NCBI GenBank assembly: GCA_026770705.1
Contig: JANJGN010000006.1
Location: 60,202,001 to 60,266,000 of the forward strand
Reading direction: 5' to 3'
Length of the DNA: 64,000 bases
Source: Isurus oxyrinchus
Lineage: Eukaryota
Shown here: positions 49,872-61,935 of the stretch, piece by piece
Layout of the letters: the number at the start of each line of letters is the position of its first letter
How positions within the stretch are numbered: position 1 is the first letter of the stretch
The notes under the pieces: generated by a model
The model's database searches: none
Told to the model about the DNA's origin: nothing
The model's input: only the letters and a program-made list of their open reading frames with translations
Made by a program: the position numbers and the translations under genes

Positions 49872-50723
49872 TGCCCCCTCATACCCCCATCATCTCACCT
49901 CCACAGACACACACCCAACATCCACCATTGGCAGACCTCAGAAACCATGTGGAGTTGAAAAAACAAAGTTTAATAATCTATTACAGCCCTCACTCACACA
50001 CACTTGATACTGAAAAACTTCCATCACGAAACGTACTCAAAGCTTTTAAAGTTCCTCAAGTGGTTAATTTGTGATTAAAAACAAATCAAAAAAGCACTTG
50101 AGCCAGTAGCCACATCAAAGACAGCTAATCCTTTGAGAGCCTTTTTAAACTTCTAATCAAATTGCGAACATAGAACCCCTGCTGAGATAATTGTAGCTTT
50201 TGAAATTCAGCCAAGCATTATAATGTCACAATACCAGCCCCTGGGAAATGTCAAAAAATAACTCTATTTAAGTTGTGGAACAGGTGATTTTTTTTCCCCT
50301 AAACTATACTATATGGCCCATCAATCAAAGCAGTCCAGCAGACAGTTTTTATCTTAACTTTCACTGACAGATTAAGCCTTTTTGTAAGTTTAAAGAATTG
50401 GAGATTTTAAAAAAAAATCAGGCCATGACACTTGAGCCTTACCTGCCCTTCAAGAGTGTTTATTTCTACTCCATAAATTCATAGCTCCCAGACTGCAGGT
50501 TAACGCCCTTGGAAGGACAAAATGGAGTCGATTTGACCTCAACACTAAGTTCAAATGCCGTGCCGTGTTCGGGTTTCTAGCCTATGTGAGTCATGCCCCT
50601 CTACATTTCCCTGCCAGCAAAAAATGGTTCTCTCAGAAATGAGGACGGGACTTATGAATCAAAGTCTTGTCCGCTATTTTTAAAGGTCTACAGACTCTTC
50701 CTGACTCAGCAAAAATGTTGCCC
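49543..50723. mobile_element. Old non-autonomous Harbinger-like element, TSD TAT
   Basis: Ends gggccagatcttc / aaaaatgttgccc. TAT at 49540-42 and 50724-26. Confidence 0.55.
50702..50711 (-). promoter_or_regulatory. MARE/ARE core TGCTGAGTCA
   Basis: TGACTCAGCA followed by AAAA. Motif match only. Confidence 0.2.
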
Positions 50724-51039
50724 TATTTTTCTGGTATTTGACAAATCCAGGAATTAAGATTTTGTTTTTTTTATTTACTTGTTTGAAGAAAATAATTCTC
50801 AATTTAATGTTTTGAAAGTTGGTCACCCCTTGGCAAGGCATTTTGCACTTCTTAGTTAACTATTTAAATTGCCAAAATTACCAGATTACTAGTTGAAATT
50901 GATCCTAAAGAGGAAGGTGCTGTTGTCTTTAAATAGTGTGGAGTTAAAGTTCTACAAGGGTTTTCCCATTTGTCCATTGTAACAGATGGGCTCCAGAAAC
51001 CCCTGCAAGTGCTTAATATCATCTACATGCTGCCCCTCA

Positions 51040-54000
51040 TCTGAAGACATTGTGCACAATGACAACAACTACCACATCTCTCAACTCTTCCATTGCAGTG
51101 CTGTCACCCTGTTTCTCTGATATCAAATCCTGGCTGAGCAGAAGTTTCCTCCAATTAAACATCGGAAAATTGAAAGCACGGATTCCACCCCTTTCCCCAG
51201 GAACTGAAGCAGATTGTTTGCAACCTCGGTATTCTGTCTGGAAATTAGCTGAACTTTGGATCCTTTTTTCTTTAATTCATTCATGGGATGTGGGCATCGC
51301 TGGTTGGGCCAGTATTTTATTGTCCATCCCTAATTGCCCTTGAGAAGGTGGTGGTGAGCTGCCTTCTTGAACCTCTGCAGTCCATATGGTGTAAATATAT
51401 CCACAGTGCTGTTAAGGAGGGAGTTCCAGGATTGTGACCCAGTGACAGTGGAGGAACGGCGATATATTTCAAATTAGGATGGTAATTTGGTAGAGAACCA
51501 CCAGGTGGTGATGTTGTTCCCATCTGTCTGCTGCCCTTGCCCCTGGTGGTAGTGGTTGTGGGTTTGGAAGGTGCTGCCCAAGAAGCCTTGATAAATTCCT
51601 GCAGTGCATCTTGCAGATGGTGCACACTGCTGCCACTGTGCGTCGGTGGTGGAGGGAGTGAATGTTTGTGGATGTGATGCTAATCAAATGGACTGCTTTG
51701 TCCTGGATGGAGTCAAGCTTCTTCAGTGTTGTGGGAGCTGCATTCATCCAGGCAAGTGGGGAGGATTGCATCACACTGCTCACTTGTGCCTTGTAGATGG
51801 TGGACAGGCTTTGGGGAGTCAGGAGTGAGTTACTCATTGCAGGATTCCTAGCCTCTGATCTGCTCTTGTAGCCACAGTATTTATATGGCTAGTCCAGTTC
51901 AGTTTCTGGTCAATGGCAACCCCCAGGATGTTGACAGTGGGGGATTCAGTGATGGTAATGCCATTGAACATCAAGGGGTGATGGTTGGATTCTCTCTTGT
52001 TGGAGATGATCATTGCCTGACACTTGTGTGGCATGAACGTTACTTGCCACTTGTCAGCCTATGCTTGGATATTGTCCAGGTCTTGCTGCATTTGGACATG
52101 GGCTGCTTCAGTATCTGAGGAGTCACGAATGGTGCTGAACATTGTGCAATCATCAGCAAACATCCCCACTCCTGATCCTATGATGGAGGGAAGGTCATTG
52201 ATGAAGCAGCTAAAGGTAGTTGGGCCTAGGACACAATCCCGAAGAACCCCTGCAATGATGTCCTGGAGCTGAGATGACTGACCTCCAACAACCACAACCA
52301 TCTTCCTTTGTGCTAGGTATGACTCCAACCAGTGGAGAGTTCTTCCCCCTGATTCCCATTGACTTCAGTTTTGCTGGGGCTCCTTGATGCCACACTCGGA
52401 CAAATGCGGCCTCGGGAGTTCAGTTCTTTTGTCCATATTTGAACCAAGGCTGTAATGAGGTCAGGAGCTGAGTGGCCCTGGCGGAACCCAAATGGGGCAT
52501 CAGTGAACAGGTTATTGCTTAGCAAGTGCCACTTGATAGTACTGTTGATAACCCCTTCCATTACTTTACTGATGATGGAGAGTAGACTGATGGGGCAGTA
52601 ATTGGCCGGGTTGGATTTGCCCTGCTTTTTGTGTATAGGACATACCTGGGCAATTTTCCATATAGCCAGGTTGATGTCAGTGTTGTAGCTGCACTGGAAC
52701 AGCTTGGCTAGAGGTGTGGCAAGTTCCGGAGCACAATTCTAAAGTACTATTGCCAGAATATTGTCAGGGCCCATAGCCTTTGCAGTATCCAGTGCCTTCA
52801 GCCGTTTCTTGATATCACATGGAGTGAACCGAATTGGCTGAAGATTGGCATATATGATGCTGGGAACCTCCAGAGGAGGCCTAGATTGATCATCCACTCG
52901 GCACTTTTTGGTAAAGATTGTTCTGAATGCTTCAGCCTTATCTTTTGCGCTGCTGTACTGAGCTCCTCCATCATTGAAGAAGTGGATATTTGTAGAGCCT
53001 CCTCCCCCAGTGAGTTGTTGAATTGTCTACCACCATTCACGACTGGATGTGGTAGGACTGCAGAGCTTAGACTTGATCCGTTGGTTGTGGGATCGCTTAG
53101 CTCTGTCTGTCACTTGCTGCTTATGCTGTTTGGCACGTAAGTAGTCCTGTGTTATAGCTTCACCGGGTTGGCACCACATTTTTAGGTATGCCTGCAGGCT
53201 GCTCCTGCACTCTTCATTGAACCAGGATTGATCCCCTGGCTTAATGGCCATGGTAGAGTGGAGGATATGCCGGGCCATGAGATTGTGTTCTAGTACAATT
53301 CGGCTGCTGCTAATGGCCCACAGCGACTCATGGATGCCCAGTCTTGAGTTGCCAGATCGGTTCAAAATCTATCCCATTTAGCACAGTGGTAGTGCCACAA
53401 AACACGATGGAGGGTATCCTCAATGTGAAGGCTTCGTCTCCACAAGGACTGCAGTGGTCTCTCCTACCGATACTGTCATGGACAGATGCATCCGCGGCAG
53501 ATAGTTTGGTGAGGCTGAGGTCAAGTATGTTTTTCCCTCTTGTTGGTTCTCACCACCTGCCGCACCCAGCCTAGCAGCTATGTCAGTAATAATGCTACCA
53601 AGCCACTCTTGGTGATGGATTTTGAAGTCCCCCACCCAGAGTACATTCTGCGCCCTTGCCACCCTCAATGCTTCCTCCAAGTGATGTTCAACGTGGAGGA
53701 GCACTGATTCATCAGCTGAGGGAGGGCATTACGTGGTAATCAGCAGGAGGTTTCCTGCCCATGTTTTACCTGAAGTCTCATGGCACCAGGTCTAGAGTCG
53801 ATGTTGAGGATTCCCAGGGCAGCCCCCTTCCGATTGTATACCACTGTGCTGCCACCTCTGCTTGGTCTGTCCTACTGGTGGGACTGAGCATCATCCACCC
53901 AGGGATGGTGGTGGTGGAGTCTGGGACATTATCTGTAAGATATGATTCCATGAGGGTGACTATAGGCTGTTGCTTGACTAGTTTTGGCATTAGCCTCCAG

Positions 54001-54840
54001 ATGTAATGAGTAAGGAGGACTTTACAGGGTCGACAGGGATGTGATTGCCATTGTTGTTTCCAGTGCCTAGGATGATGCCAGGTGTTCTGTCCGGTTTCAT
54101 TACTTTTGTGAGACTTTGTTGCGGTTTGTTACATCTGAGTGCTTGCTAGGCCAGTTTGAGGACATTTAAGACTTAACCACGTTTCCGTGGGTCTAGGGTC
54201 ACATGTACCAGGTAAGGACAACAGATTTCCTTCTCTAAGGGCATTAGTGAACCAGATGGGTTTTTACAACAGACTTTTAATTCTAGATTTTTTATTGAAT
54301 TCAAATTCTGCCATCTGCCGTGGCGGAATTCAAACCTGGGTCCCCAGGGCATTACCCTGGGTCTCTAGATTATCAGTCCAGTGACAATACTGCTACGCCA
54401 TCGCCTCCCTCTATATTCTCTCCATTACAAAGCTTGCCTTCATCCTGCCCCTGTCACCTCAAGATGATCATGCCAGTGCTCTCCAAGCCACCCTCCCATT
54501 TTCTCACCATCCAAAAACTTCAGCTCACCTAAAACTATGCTCCTTATATCCTATCCCACACAACCGCCAATCACTCATCCCATGCTTTGTTGGCTCCTTA
54601 ACCCTAACATCATAAATTTCTCATTCTCATCCTCACACCTCCATGTTTCTGTAACTCCACCAGCTCTACCACGTTCTGAGAACTCTGCATTCATCTAATT
54701 CTGGCCTCTTGCCCAATCTCCACTCCCATTGTCTGACCATTCAGCCTCCCAGGTGGTAAGCTATGGAATTCAGTCTCTAAATCTTTCCACTGCCATTTCC
54801 TCCTTTAAGACCTTCCTTAAAACTTACCTCTTTAAAGATG
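51040..54840 (+). mobile_element. L2 LINE fragment (51040-51263 and 54410-54840) split by the LINE B insertion
   Basis: CFSDIKSWLSRSFLQLNIGK on the left; tctaattctggcctcttg...ctcctttaagaccttccttaaaac on the right. Confidence 0.7.
51264..54409 (-). mobile_element. Near-full-length LINE family B: tRNA-like head, APE endonuclease, RT, 3' tail
   Basis: Endonuclease pieces KQQPIVTLMESYL and VLWVGDF. RT pieces FGFRQGHS, VLGPTTFSCFINDLP and MFADDC. Head with A box (rc of 54389-54400) and B box (rc of 54325-54336). Confidence 0.88.
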
Positions 54841-55014
54841 CACATCCTCTGTCACCAGTTAAAAAGGCACTAAGAGTGAAAGCATAAATTAGGAACAAAG
54901 TAAATTCTATAAACATTTGTAATAAGAAAAGTATGTATTTTTGGAACAGGAAATCACTATTAGACCCAGCAAATCCATTCATTTTTGATATAATCTCAAT
55001 TCCCATTTACATGC

Positions 55015-55598
55015 TTTTTTTGCTACAATTGTACAGGATTTTGATGAGACTACACCTGGAATACTGTGTGCAGCTTTGTTTCCACATTTAAGAAGGGCTG
55101 TACTTCCATTGGAGACAGTACAGTGAAGATTCACTAAGTTGGTCTCTGGGATGAGAGGCTTGTCTTACATTGAGAGGCTAAGTAAATTGGGCTTTTATTC
55201 TCTGGAGTTTAGAAGAATGAGAGATGATCTCATTGAAACCAACAAGATTCTGAAGCTTGATACAGTGAACATTGAGAGATCGTTTTCACTGGTGGGGAAT
55301 CTAAAACACAGGGGCACCGTTTCACTATAAGGAGCCAATCATTTAGGACTGAGATGAGGATTTCACTCAAAGGGTTGTGAATCTTTGGAATTCTCTAGCC
55401 CAGAGGGTTGTGGATGCCCCATTGTTGAATATATTTAAGGCTGGGATAGACAGCATTTTTGTCTCTCAGGGAATTAAGGCAAATGGGAACAGACAGAAAA
55501 ATGGAATTGAAGCCCAAGATCAGCCATGATTGTATTAAACGCCGGAGCAGGCTCAAAGGGCCATATGACCAACTCTTGCTCCCAATATCTTGCGTTCT
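55015..55598 (+). mobile_element. CR1 LINE 3' fragment
   Basis: GMRGLSYIERLSKLGFYSLEFRRMRDDLIE followed by a CR1 tail. Confidence 0.85.
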
Positions 55599-56379
55599 GT
55601 GCCAAATCCCATTCTCTTCTCTACAGATATGTATGTACTGTTAACTTCAGTATAATTTTTGGTAGGTTACTCAACACTGCAAAAATTATTAGATTTAATG
55701 CAAGAATGATGGAAAACTTGGATAAACGTAGCAGAAAACTGGATTCTGGAACCGGGTAAGCCTGGTATAAGCACAGAGGGAGATTTTTTATGCTGACTTC
55801 ATGCAATCATCTAACAGATGGTTGACCAGCCCATTATAAAATCTTCCAAATTTTCATTATGGAATGCAAATTAGATGGGTTCTATAATGGGCAGGCAATC
55901 CATCCCACCTTGCTCATGCAGTGATGATAAAAATTTACCTCTTGTCTTTTCAAGTCTGAATTTAAATCCAATTGGAACTTTTAGGATGAAACCTCATCTG
56001 TCTGCTAACTGCTGGGTACTATTTGAAATGCAGTTGGGTGGTTTTAAACCAGTTGCAAATGGACATTGATAGCAATACAAAGTGCCTCTGATGTGGCACA
56101 AATTGGCACCAAATAGGAAATCTTATTCAAGGGTATCATAACGATGGTTGGTTGGGGGAGTGTAAAATGCACAAAGGAGATGTTTGTCTAAGGTTGTTCC
56201 CAACCACTGACCTTGATTAGCAGGAATCTGTGTCACATGAATCTTAAAACAAAAATAATTCACTTTTTAATTATTCTAGTGGCCTATTGGTGGACTGTGC
56301 ATCTTCCAATCAGTCAGCAAAATATTTAAAAAGGAAATTATTTTCATTTTAAAATTCAAAGATGCAGAGTCTACCAAAG

Positions 56380-56915
56380 AAATTCAGGCTGGACTTAACA
56401 AAGGGTCATGGTGTTGTGAATTCACGTGAAAGAATATGCAGTAGCCACAGCATCTCAATTATAACAAAAATTTGTCATCTAAGAAGCCCTTGTGTGGTCA
56501 GTGACAATGTAGGGCTGTGAAAGCTGGACCATCAAGAAGAGTGATGAGCTTCGAATAAGAGCATTTGAAATGAAAGGACACAGATTAATGTTATGTGTGT
56601 CATGAATGGCCAAGCAGACAAACAAGTGGGTGCTTGAGGAAGCTAGTGTTAAGAAGAATTTGTTTGAGGCAGTGATATCAAGGAAACTCACATATTTTGG
56701 ACACCTGATGCAAACAGAAGAGGAGTGTTTGGAAAAAGAGGCAAAACACCTGGCAAACATACAGAAGGGAGACCCAAGATGCCATGGATGGATAATACCA
56801 GAAGGTGGATTGGCCTCGCTGTGAAGCAGGCAATGAGGACAGCAGTGAATAGAAATCAGTGGAGAAAGATTGTTCGTAGTGCGGCCAACCCTTGGAGCGA
56901 AGATGGATGAAAGAC
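56380..56915 (+). mobile_element. RTE-clade (BovB-like) LINE C-terminal fragment
   Basis: GCESWTIKKSDELRIRAFEM...RKLTYFGHLM...CLEK...GRPKMPWMD...RNQWRKIV. Confidence 0.8.
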
Positions 56916-57722
56916 AAGACATGACAGTGGTTGATTATTGCAATTCTACCAACACTGTCAATTGTGACACAAAGCTCCATTAAAGGTCTGCCAACAAAAG
57001 CTGCAAGAGATTGGCTACAATGTAATTAACTTATATTTGCTCAGCAAGGAACTGCTCTAAGAATGTTGGAGAAAAGGGCATTAGTTTGTATGCAATGGTT
57101 TATTTTTATTTAATTTAACTTTCTGAAGATTTTCTTTTGGACTTTAATAAAAGAATCTATGTAATTTGTACATGTTTAGAAGATAGGCATTGTTTATATA
57201 TCTGGCCTTCCATTCACTTAGTTACAGATCTCAGCTATGACATATTGAGGAGGTGTTAAGTAGAGGCTATAAAGTAAAATGTTTGTGTTAGAGAGACAGA
57301 GAATATTACCACATGCATCATCTTGGGCTGCTTTTGCAGTTCCAAGCAGCTGGTGTCAGCAGCATTGGCAACGACCTAGGAGCAGATTCTCCGCTGTCCA
57401 CAGATTATCAGGGAATGATGTGCAGCTTCAATAGGCTCTGGAAAAGGGAAGGATAGAAAAAGCCTGAAAGGGAGCCTCAACTCCTCTGATAGCTCAGCTA
57501 GGTAAAGATGGTGAATAGCTAGCCATAAGGAGCTGAAGATGACAGATTCAATCTATCATAGGAACATAGATGGATGCATGAGTAGGGCATTCAGCCCATC
57601 CACCATGATCCACTATTCACTTAGACTATGGTTGATCATCTAGCTCCACCCCACACCTCCTCGAACATGTTCAGTGATTAGCTTCCACATCTCTCTGGGG
57701 TCGAGGTGGTAGTAAATTAATG

Positions 57723-58401
57723 GGGCAGAATTTTGTGCCCCGCTGTTGGGCGTGTGCCTGACCCAATCGGGAGTAAAACAGTGTGCAATGATGTCAGGCG
57801 AGCAGCCCAAAGTCATTGCACACTCGTGCGATATTTTGGTCAGCAGGCATGCGTGAAATTCAGCAGTGCACCTGCTGACAATTAAGAGGTCTGTTAAGGC
57901 CATTAATCAATTAATTTAATCCTATTTTCCGCTGCCTGTCCAACCTTACAGTTGGTGGGTGGACGAACAGGCCATGGGGCCTTTGTGCTTTTGAGGAAAC
58001 CTCATCCACAGGCAGGATGAGATTTCCAACAGTAATTTTAAAAAAAAATTTAGAAACATCATTTTTATTATGTCCCTGTTCATGTGACTGAGTCACATGT
58101 GGGGACATTTTTATATCATTTATTAAAGCTTTATTTTCCTTTATTAAAATCCTGAGCTCCCTGAGGCAGCTCTGTGCCCTCAGGGAGTTGTCAGCATGCG
58201 CTCCCCCGCATATGTGCAGACTTCCGCGCACACCGTCCTCCCACCCCCACTCCGGCAGTGCTGAGCATTTCAGCCCATCTTCCACACTGGCCGTAAATTG
58301 GCCAGCCAGTGTGAAATCGCGGTTGGGGCCCGATCTCGGGTGGCGATCCATTTCAAGGCTGCTCTCGGGCCCATCCGCCCGACGAAGGAAAAATTCTGCC
58401 T
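57723..58401 (+). mobile_element. Complete Harbinger-type MITE (about 680 bp)
   Basis: TIR gggcagaatttt / aaaattctgcct. Flanks ATG and GTG. Shares subterminal motifs (ttaaggcc, aaacctcatcca..ggcaggat) with the left end of 24936-28851. Confidence 0.8.
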
Positions 58402-58700
58402 GTGGTCTCAGCCAGGATAGCACTGGGGCAGGACAATTAACTTCAGTTCCCTAGGTTAGGGGGAATTTCTGCACCTGACTGTTATCCACTGATTCTTGCT
58501 GGAAAAGAGCATATATGCTTGTCAGGTGAGGGCTAATTGGATTTGGTTGCGCTGCCTCTGTGGGGAAATAGGTTGCCACCAATTATCGTCTTAAGATCAT
58601 ACATGAACATTTGTGGGCACTGGAGCATGACTGATCCCATAGATACAATGTCCCATTAAAGAGTCAGTGTTTCCATGAGAAGACTAAGAGAGGGGGGTGG
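58402..58700 (+). mobile_element. Ancient unnamed SINE-like repeat body
   Basis: tctcagccagg...ctaggttagggg...ttgctggaaa...ggtgaggg resembles the 8590 and 40820 copies. A possible head lies at 57480-57555. Confidence 0.4.
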
Positions 58701-60045
58701 GGAATAGAAAAGTAGGAAATGGGAAGCCCTGAACATCTGCTGAAGTTGTCCTGATCTCCTTTTGGAATCATGGTGGGAGATCCCGGGGAAACAGCACAAA
58801 CTGCTAAACATTTACAAGTTTCTCGTAATACTCAGAAGTTTAGCAGCTTCTGTAGAGACAAAACAGACTCAACAGACTGAATTATCCCCCAGGTGTCAGG
58901 ACCATATGTGGGTTCTAAGCCCACACGTGGCCTTAGCTCCACCCACCAGCGCAACTTTAAGTGAGGCTGTCTCCTCATTGGATGGCAAATGCAAAGGTGG
59001 TTAATTAATGACTGTGGGCAGACCAGGGAAGTAGCCCGCATCAATGTCCAAACAGCATCCTCCCCAGGATAAGTGAACGCTGCTGGGGAAGAGGGAGACC
59101 TAGGGAGTGCATCAAAATGGAGGTGCTCACAAAAGCCTCCTCTTCAGTGGTGAAAAAGGTGATTAACTTCTGTAAGGGGCTTCAGGGTGGAGGGTTAACT
59201 CCCCCCCTTCAGATGAATGGCTGTGACAGCTCCTGGACCCCGTGAACCCTGTGGCCAACTGTTGCTGCCAACTAATTCAGCCACCCCAGTGAGAGATCAG
59301 CTCTGCAGCTTTGCCGGGCTCCCGACATGGAGGGGGAGCCCATACAGCACCAGGCAAGTTGCAGTGCTAGTGGAAATTAGCCTTTGAATGCGACCTTAAT
59401 TGGCTTCATTGCCTAGCCACCTCTGTGGAGCAGGCTGCTGAATCCCACTCTCTACTCCTGGAACTTACCTTTTCTTCCCAGGGCTCAGATCTCACCCTCA
59501 CCAAGTGTTCCCAGGTCACCCGCAGGGTCCCACCTTTACTTGTTCTTTTGCACACTTCAACCACAGCTGCTTGCTTTCTCCATTACCTTACGAGATGTGA
59601 AAAGATTTATTTATGTACTCTGGCATTCACTTATTTATCTATCTACAGTGAGTAAAGAAAGCAATATCTATAAAACACTTCCCAGGAATCAATAAAAATA
59701 AACATTTACTTTGCTGCCTCTTAGGAAATCCACAAACTACCCTCCAATTCCTTTCAGTGATGTAAAATAGAATCATATAATTGAATTTTAACTTTCAGAC
59801 CTGCTTGCAGTGGGAAGGCTGGCAGCACATAGGGAACCTAGAAGTTTCAACACCACATTTCTCATAGGCTTTTTATTTGAGTCACTGCATTTGCCTCTGA
59901 CTTTCAGACTCTCAACCAATTAGATTGAGCAAACGTGTTGACACTCTACGTCAGTATATTTCAGCTCAGCTAGTCAAAGGGACCCTGCAAGGATCACCCT
60001 TGAAGTATTTGTAGAGGTCTTCAGACAGAGCCAGAATCTGGAGCT

Positions 60046-60715
60046 ATGGAGACACAATGTAATAAGGCAGCACCACACTTCAATAATGCCTCTCTGGAAA
60101 CAATGCTACGCTCTGTGAAGACCTCCAAGGGGATTCTGTCCCCTACAGACAGGAAGAGCCCTGCCAGAGAAAACAAGAAGGCGTGGTTGGAAGTCGCCGA
60201 GGGGTTCAGCAGGAAGCGTGCGGTGCTATAGTCCTACAGTGCTGGAAGAGATTTAAAGACCTAATCAGATCTGGAAAGGTGAGTATATCCTGATCAGCAT
60301 CTAACTGCAACTCCCATCAATTTGCTTTTCAAAGCTTACACCAATACATCACTCCTCAGATCAACTTATCTTGCAGGTGCACCCAGTCCCCTCTGTCACA
60401 TCCCCATTTGACCAACCACCATTGATGCTCATTCTTATCTTAATGCAATGTCACACACACCTGTTCCTTTCATTGACCCTCCACAAGTGTTGCCTTTTCA
60501 TCCTCTCAGCACATTTCATTTCTCACACTCATTAGTCTGTTATTTCCCTTCTTAAAGGAGATGAGAGATAGAACCCCAGGGAGAGGCAGAGAACTGGAGG
60601 TGGTCCTCCAGTCATCTCCATTTCGACAATTGCAGGGAAGGAAAAGAAGGATATAAGCCAAGTCTCAGCTTGCCTGACTATCAGAATTGGAGAGATAGTA
60701 TCTCTCAGCCACCTG
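60046..60715 (+). pseudogene. Harbinger Myb/SANT gene relic, two exons (60046-60278, 60558-60715)
   Basis: KAAPHFNNASLETML...KKAWLEVA...QCWKRFKDLIRSGK then donor GTGAGT. Acceptor AG at 60556-57. RERQRTGGGPP in exon 2. Confidence 0.7.
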
Positions 60716-61084
60716 GTAACAAGAGTAAATATCTCACAGCCACACATCCCAACAATTGACGATCGTATCAATCAGTAGTCGCTTCAGCTGTTAGCAATAG
60801 GCAGAGCACTGACCTTACTCAGCCAGCCCATGCTTTCAAAACTCAAAGCATAATGTCTAATGTTAGATATGATTCCACAGTCGGACAGCACCAGCTGAAC
60901 AATCTTGATTGTGCTAAAAATCACATGAACAACCAATTCAAGATTCAGTTGGGCTTGCAGCATGGTTCACTTAAGCTTGCTGGTAGTTTCATATATTTAT
61001 AGGCAGGGATTTCTCCTCTGCAGGCAAAAGGAACATGTCCAGGCATTGCAATTTTTTTTTTATTGAACAAAAGCATGGCGAGGA

Positions 61085-61262
61085 ACAATAGTTCCTTGTT
61101 GCATTCTCCATGGCAACGCCTCGACCAGAGTCGACTTGCCAACCAATCAGCACATTTTTCTCATGCAGTACAAATTGTTGCTCCCTTTGAAATTTGACAT
61201 TCTTGCATCTATCCTGAAGAGTGCAAGACAAAAAGCTTCGACAACATGTCTTTTTTTCAGAA
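61085..61262 (+). mobile_element. 3' end of a second Penelope-like family with decayed hammerhead (61210-61243)
   Basis: tatc CTGAAGA GT gcaag AC (a)AAA AGCT TC gaca, with an upstream ccaaccaatcagc. Confidence 0.55.
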
Positions 61263-61679
61263 ATCTTCACAAGGCCAAGTTAATATGCATTGGTATCATA
61301 AAAGAACTTATTAAATCTTAGAAGATCTACTACATCCCACACAAATGTATATTGACAACTGAATAATGCATGGTACATTAGTACTCCTGTTCTAATACAA
61401 CAGCATATCTTCTAATGTACCAAGAGCAATTCCTCATGGAATCTACCAATATACATATAGAAGTCTTGTGTCTAGCATATCCAGATGCCAAAATATGTTA
61501 CAGTTGCAAAATTATGGGTTCTTTTTAAAGTGAATTTTTCAAGCAGTAACAGCTGTTGTCTGATTCACCTTACAATTTATAAGCCACAAATACCTGGATG
61601 TTCCTCTTTGCAGGAGTGGCATAGATCATATTAACAGCTCTTCATTCCAACAATGTTGCAGACCCAAGACTAACTATGT

Positions 61680-61935
61680 GCAATACCACGAGGGTTCTGC
61701 TAGTACATCACCATCCTTTCCAAGTCTCCCACCATCCCAACATGGACACAGCATTGTTTCTTCGTCATTGGGTCAAAATCCTGGAACTCCCTGCCTAACA
61801 ACATTGCAGGAATACTTTGAATAGACAGACTGTAGTGGTTCAAGAAGGCATCCAACCACAATCTTAGCAACTAGGAATGGACAATAAATGCCAGCCTTGT
61901 TAGTGATACCTATATTCAAGAAGGAATTTTTAAAA
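61680..61935 (+). mobile_element. LINE family B 3' UTR fragment
   Basis: gggtcaaaatcctggaactccctgcctaaca...ggttcaagaaggca...caataaatgccagccttg. Confidence 0.7.

Noticed and set aside
54300-54409. Functional tRNA gene
   Set aside because: A/B boxes are present but I see no convincing cloverleaf, and similar heads recur attached to repeats.
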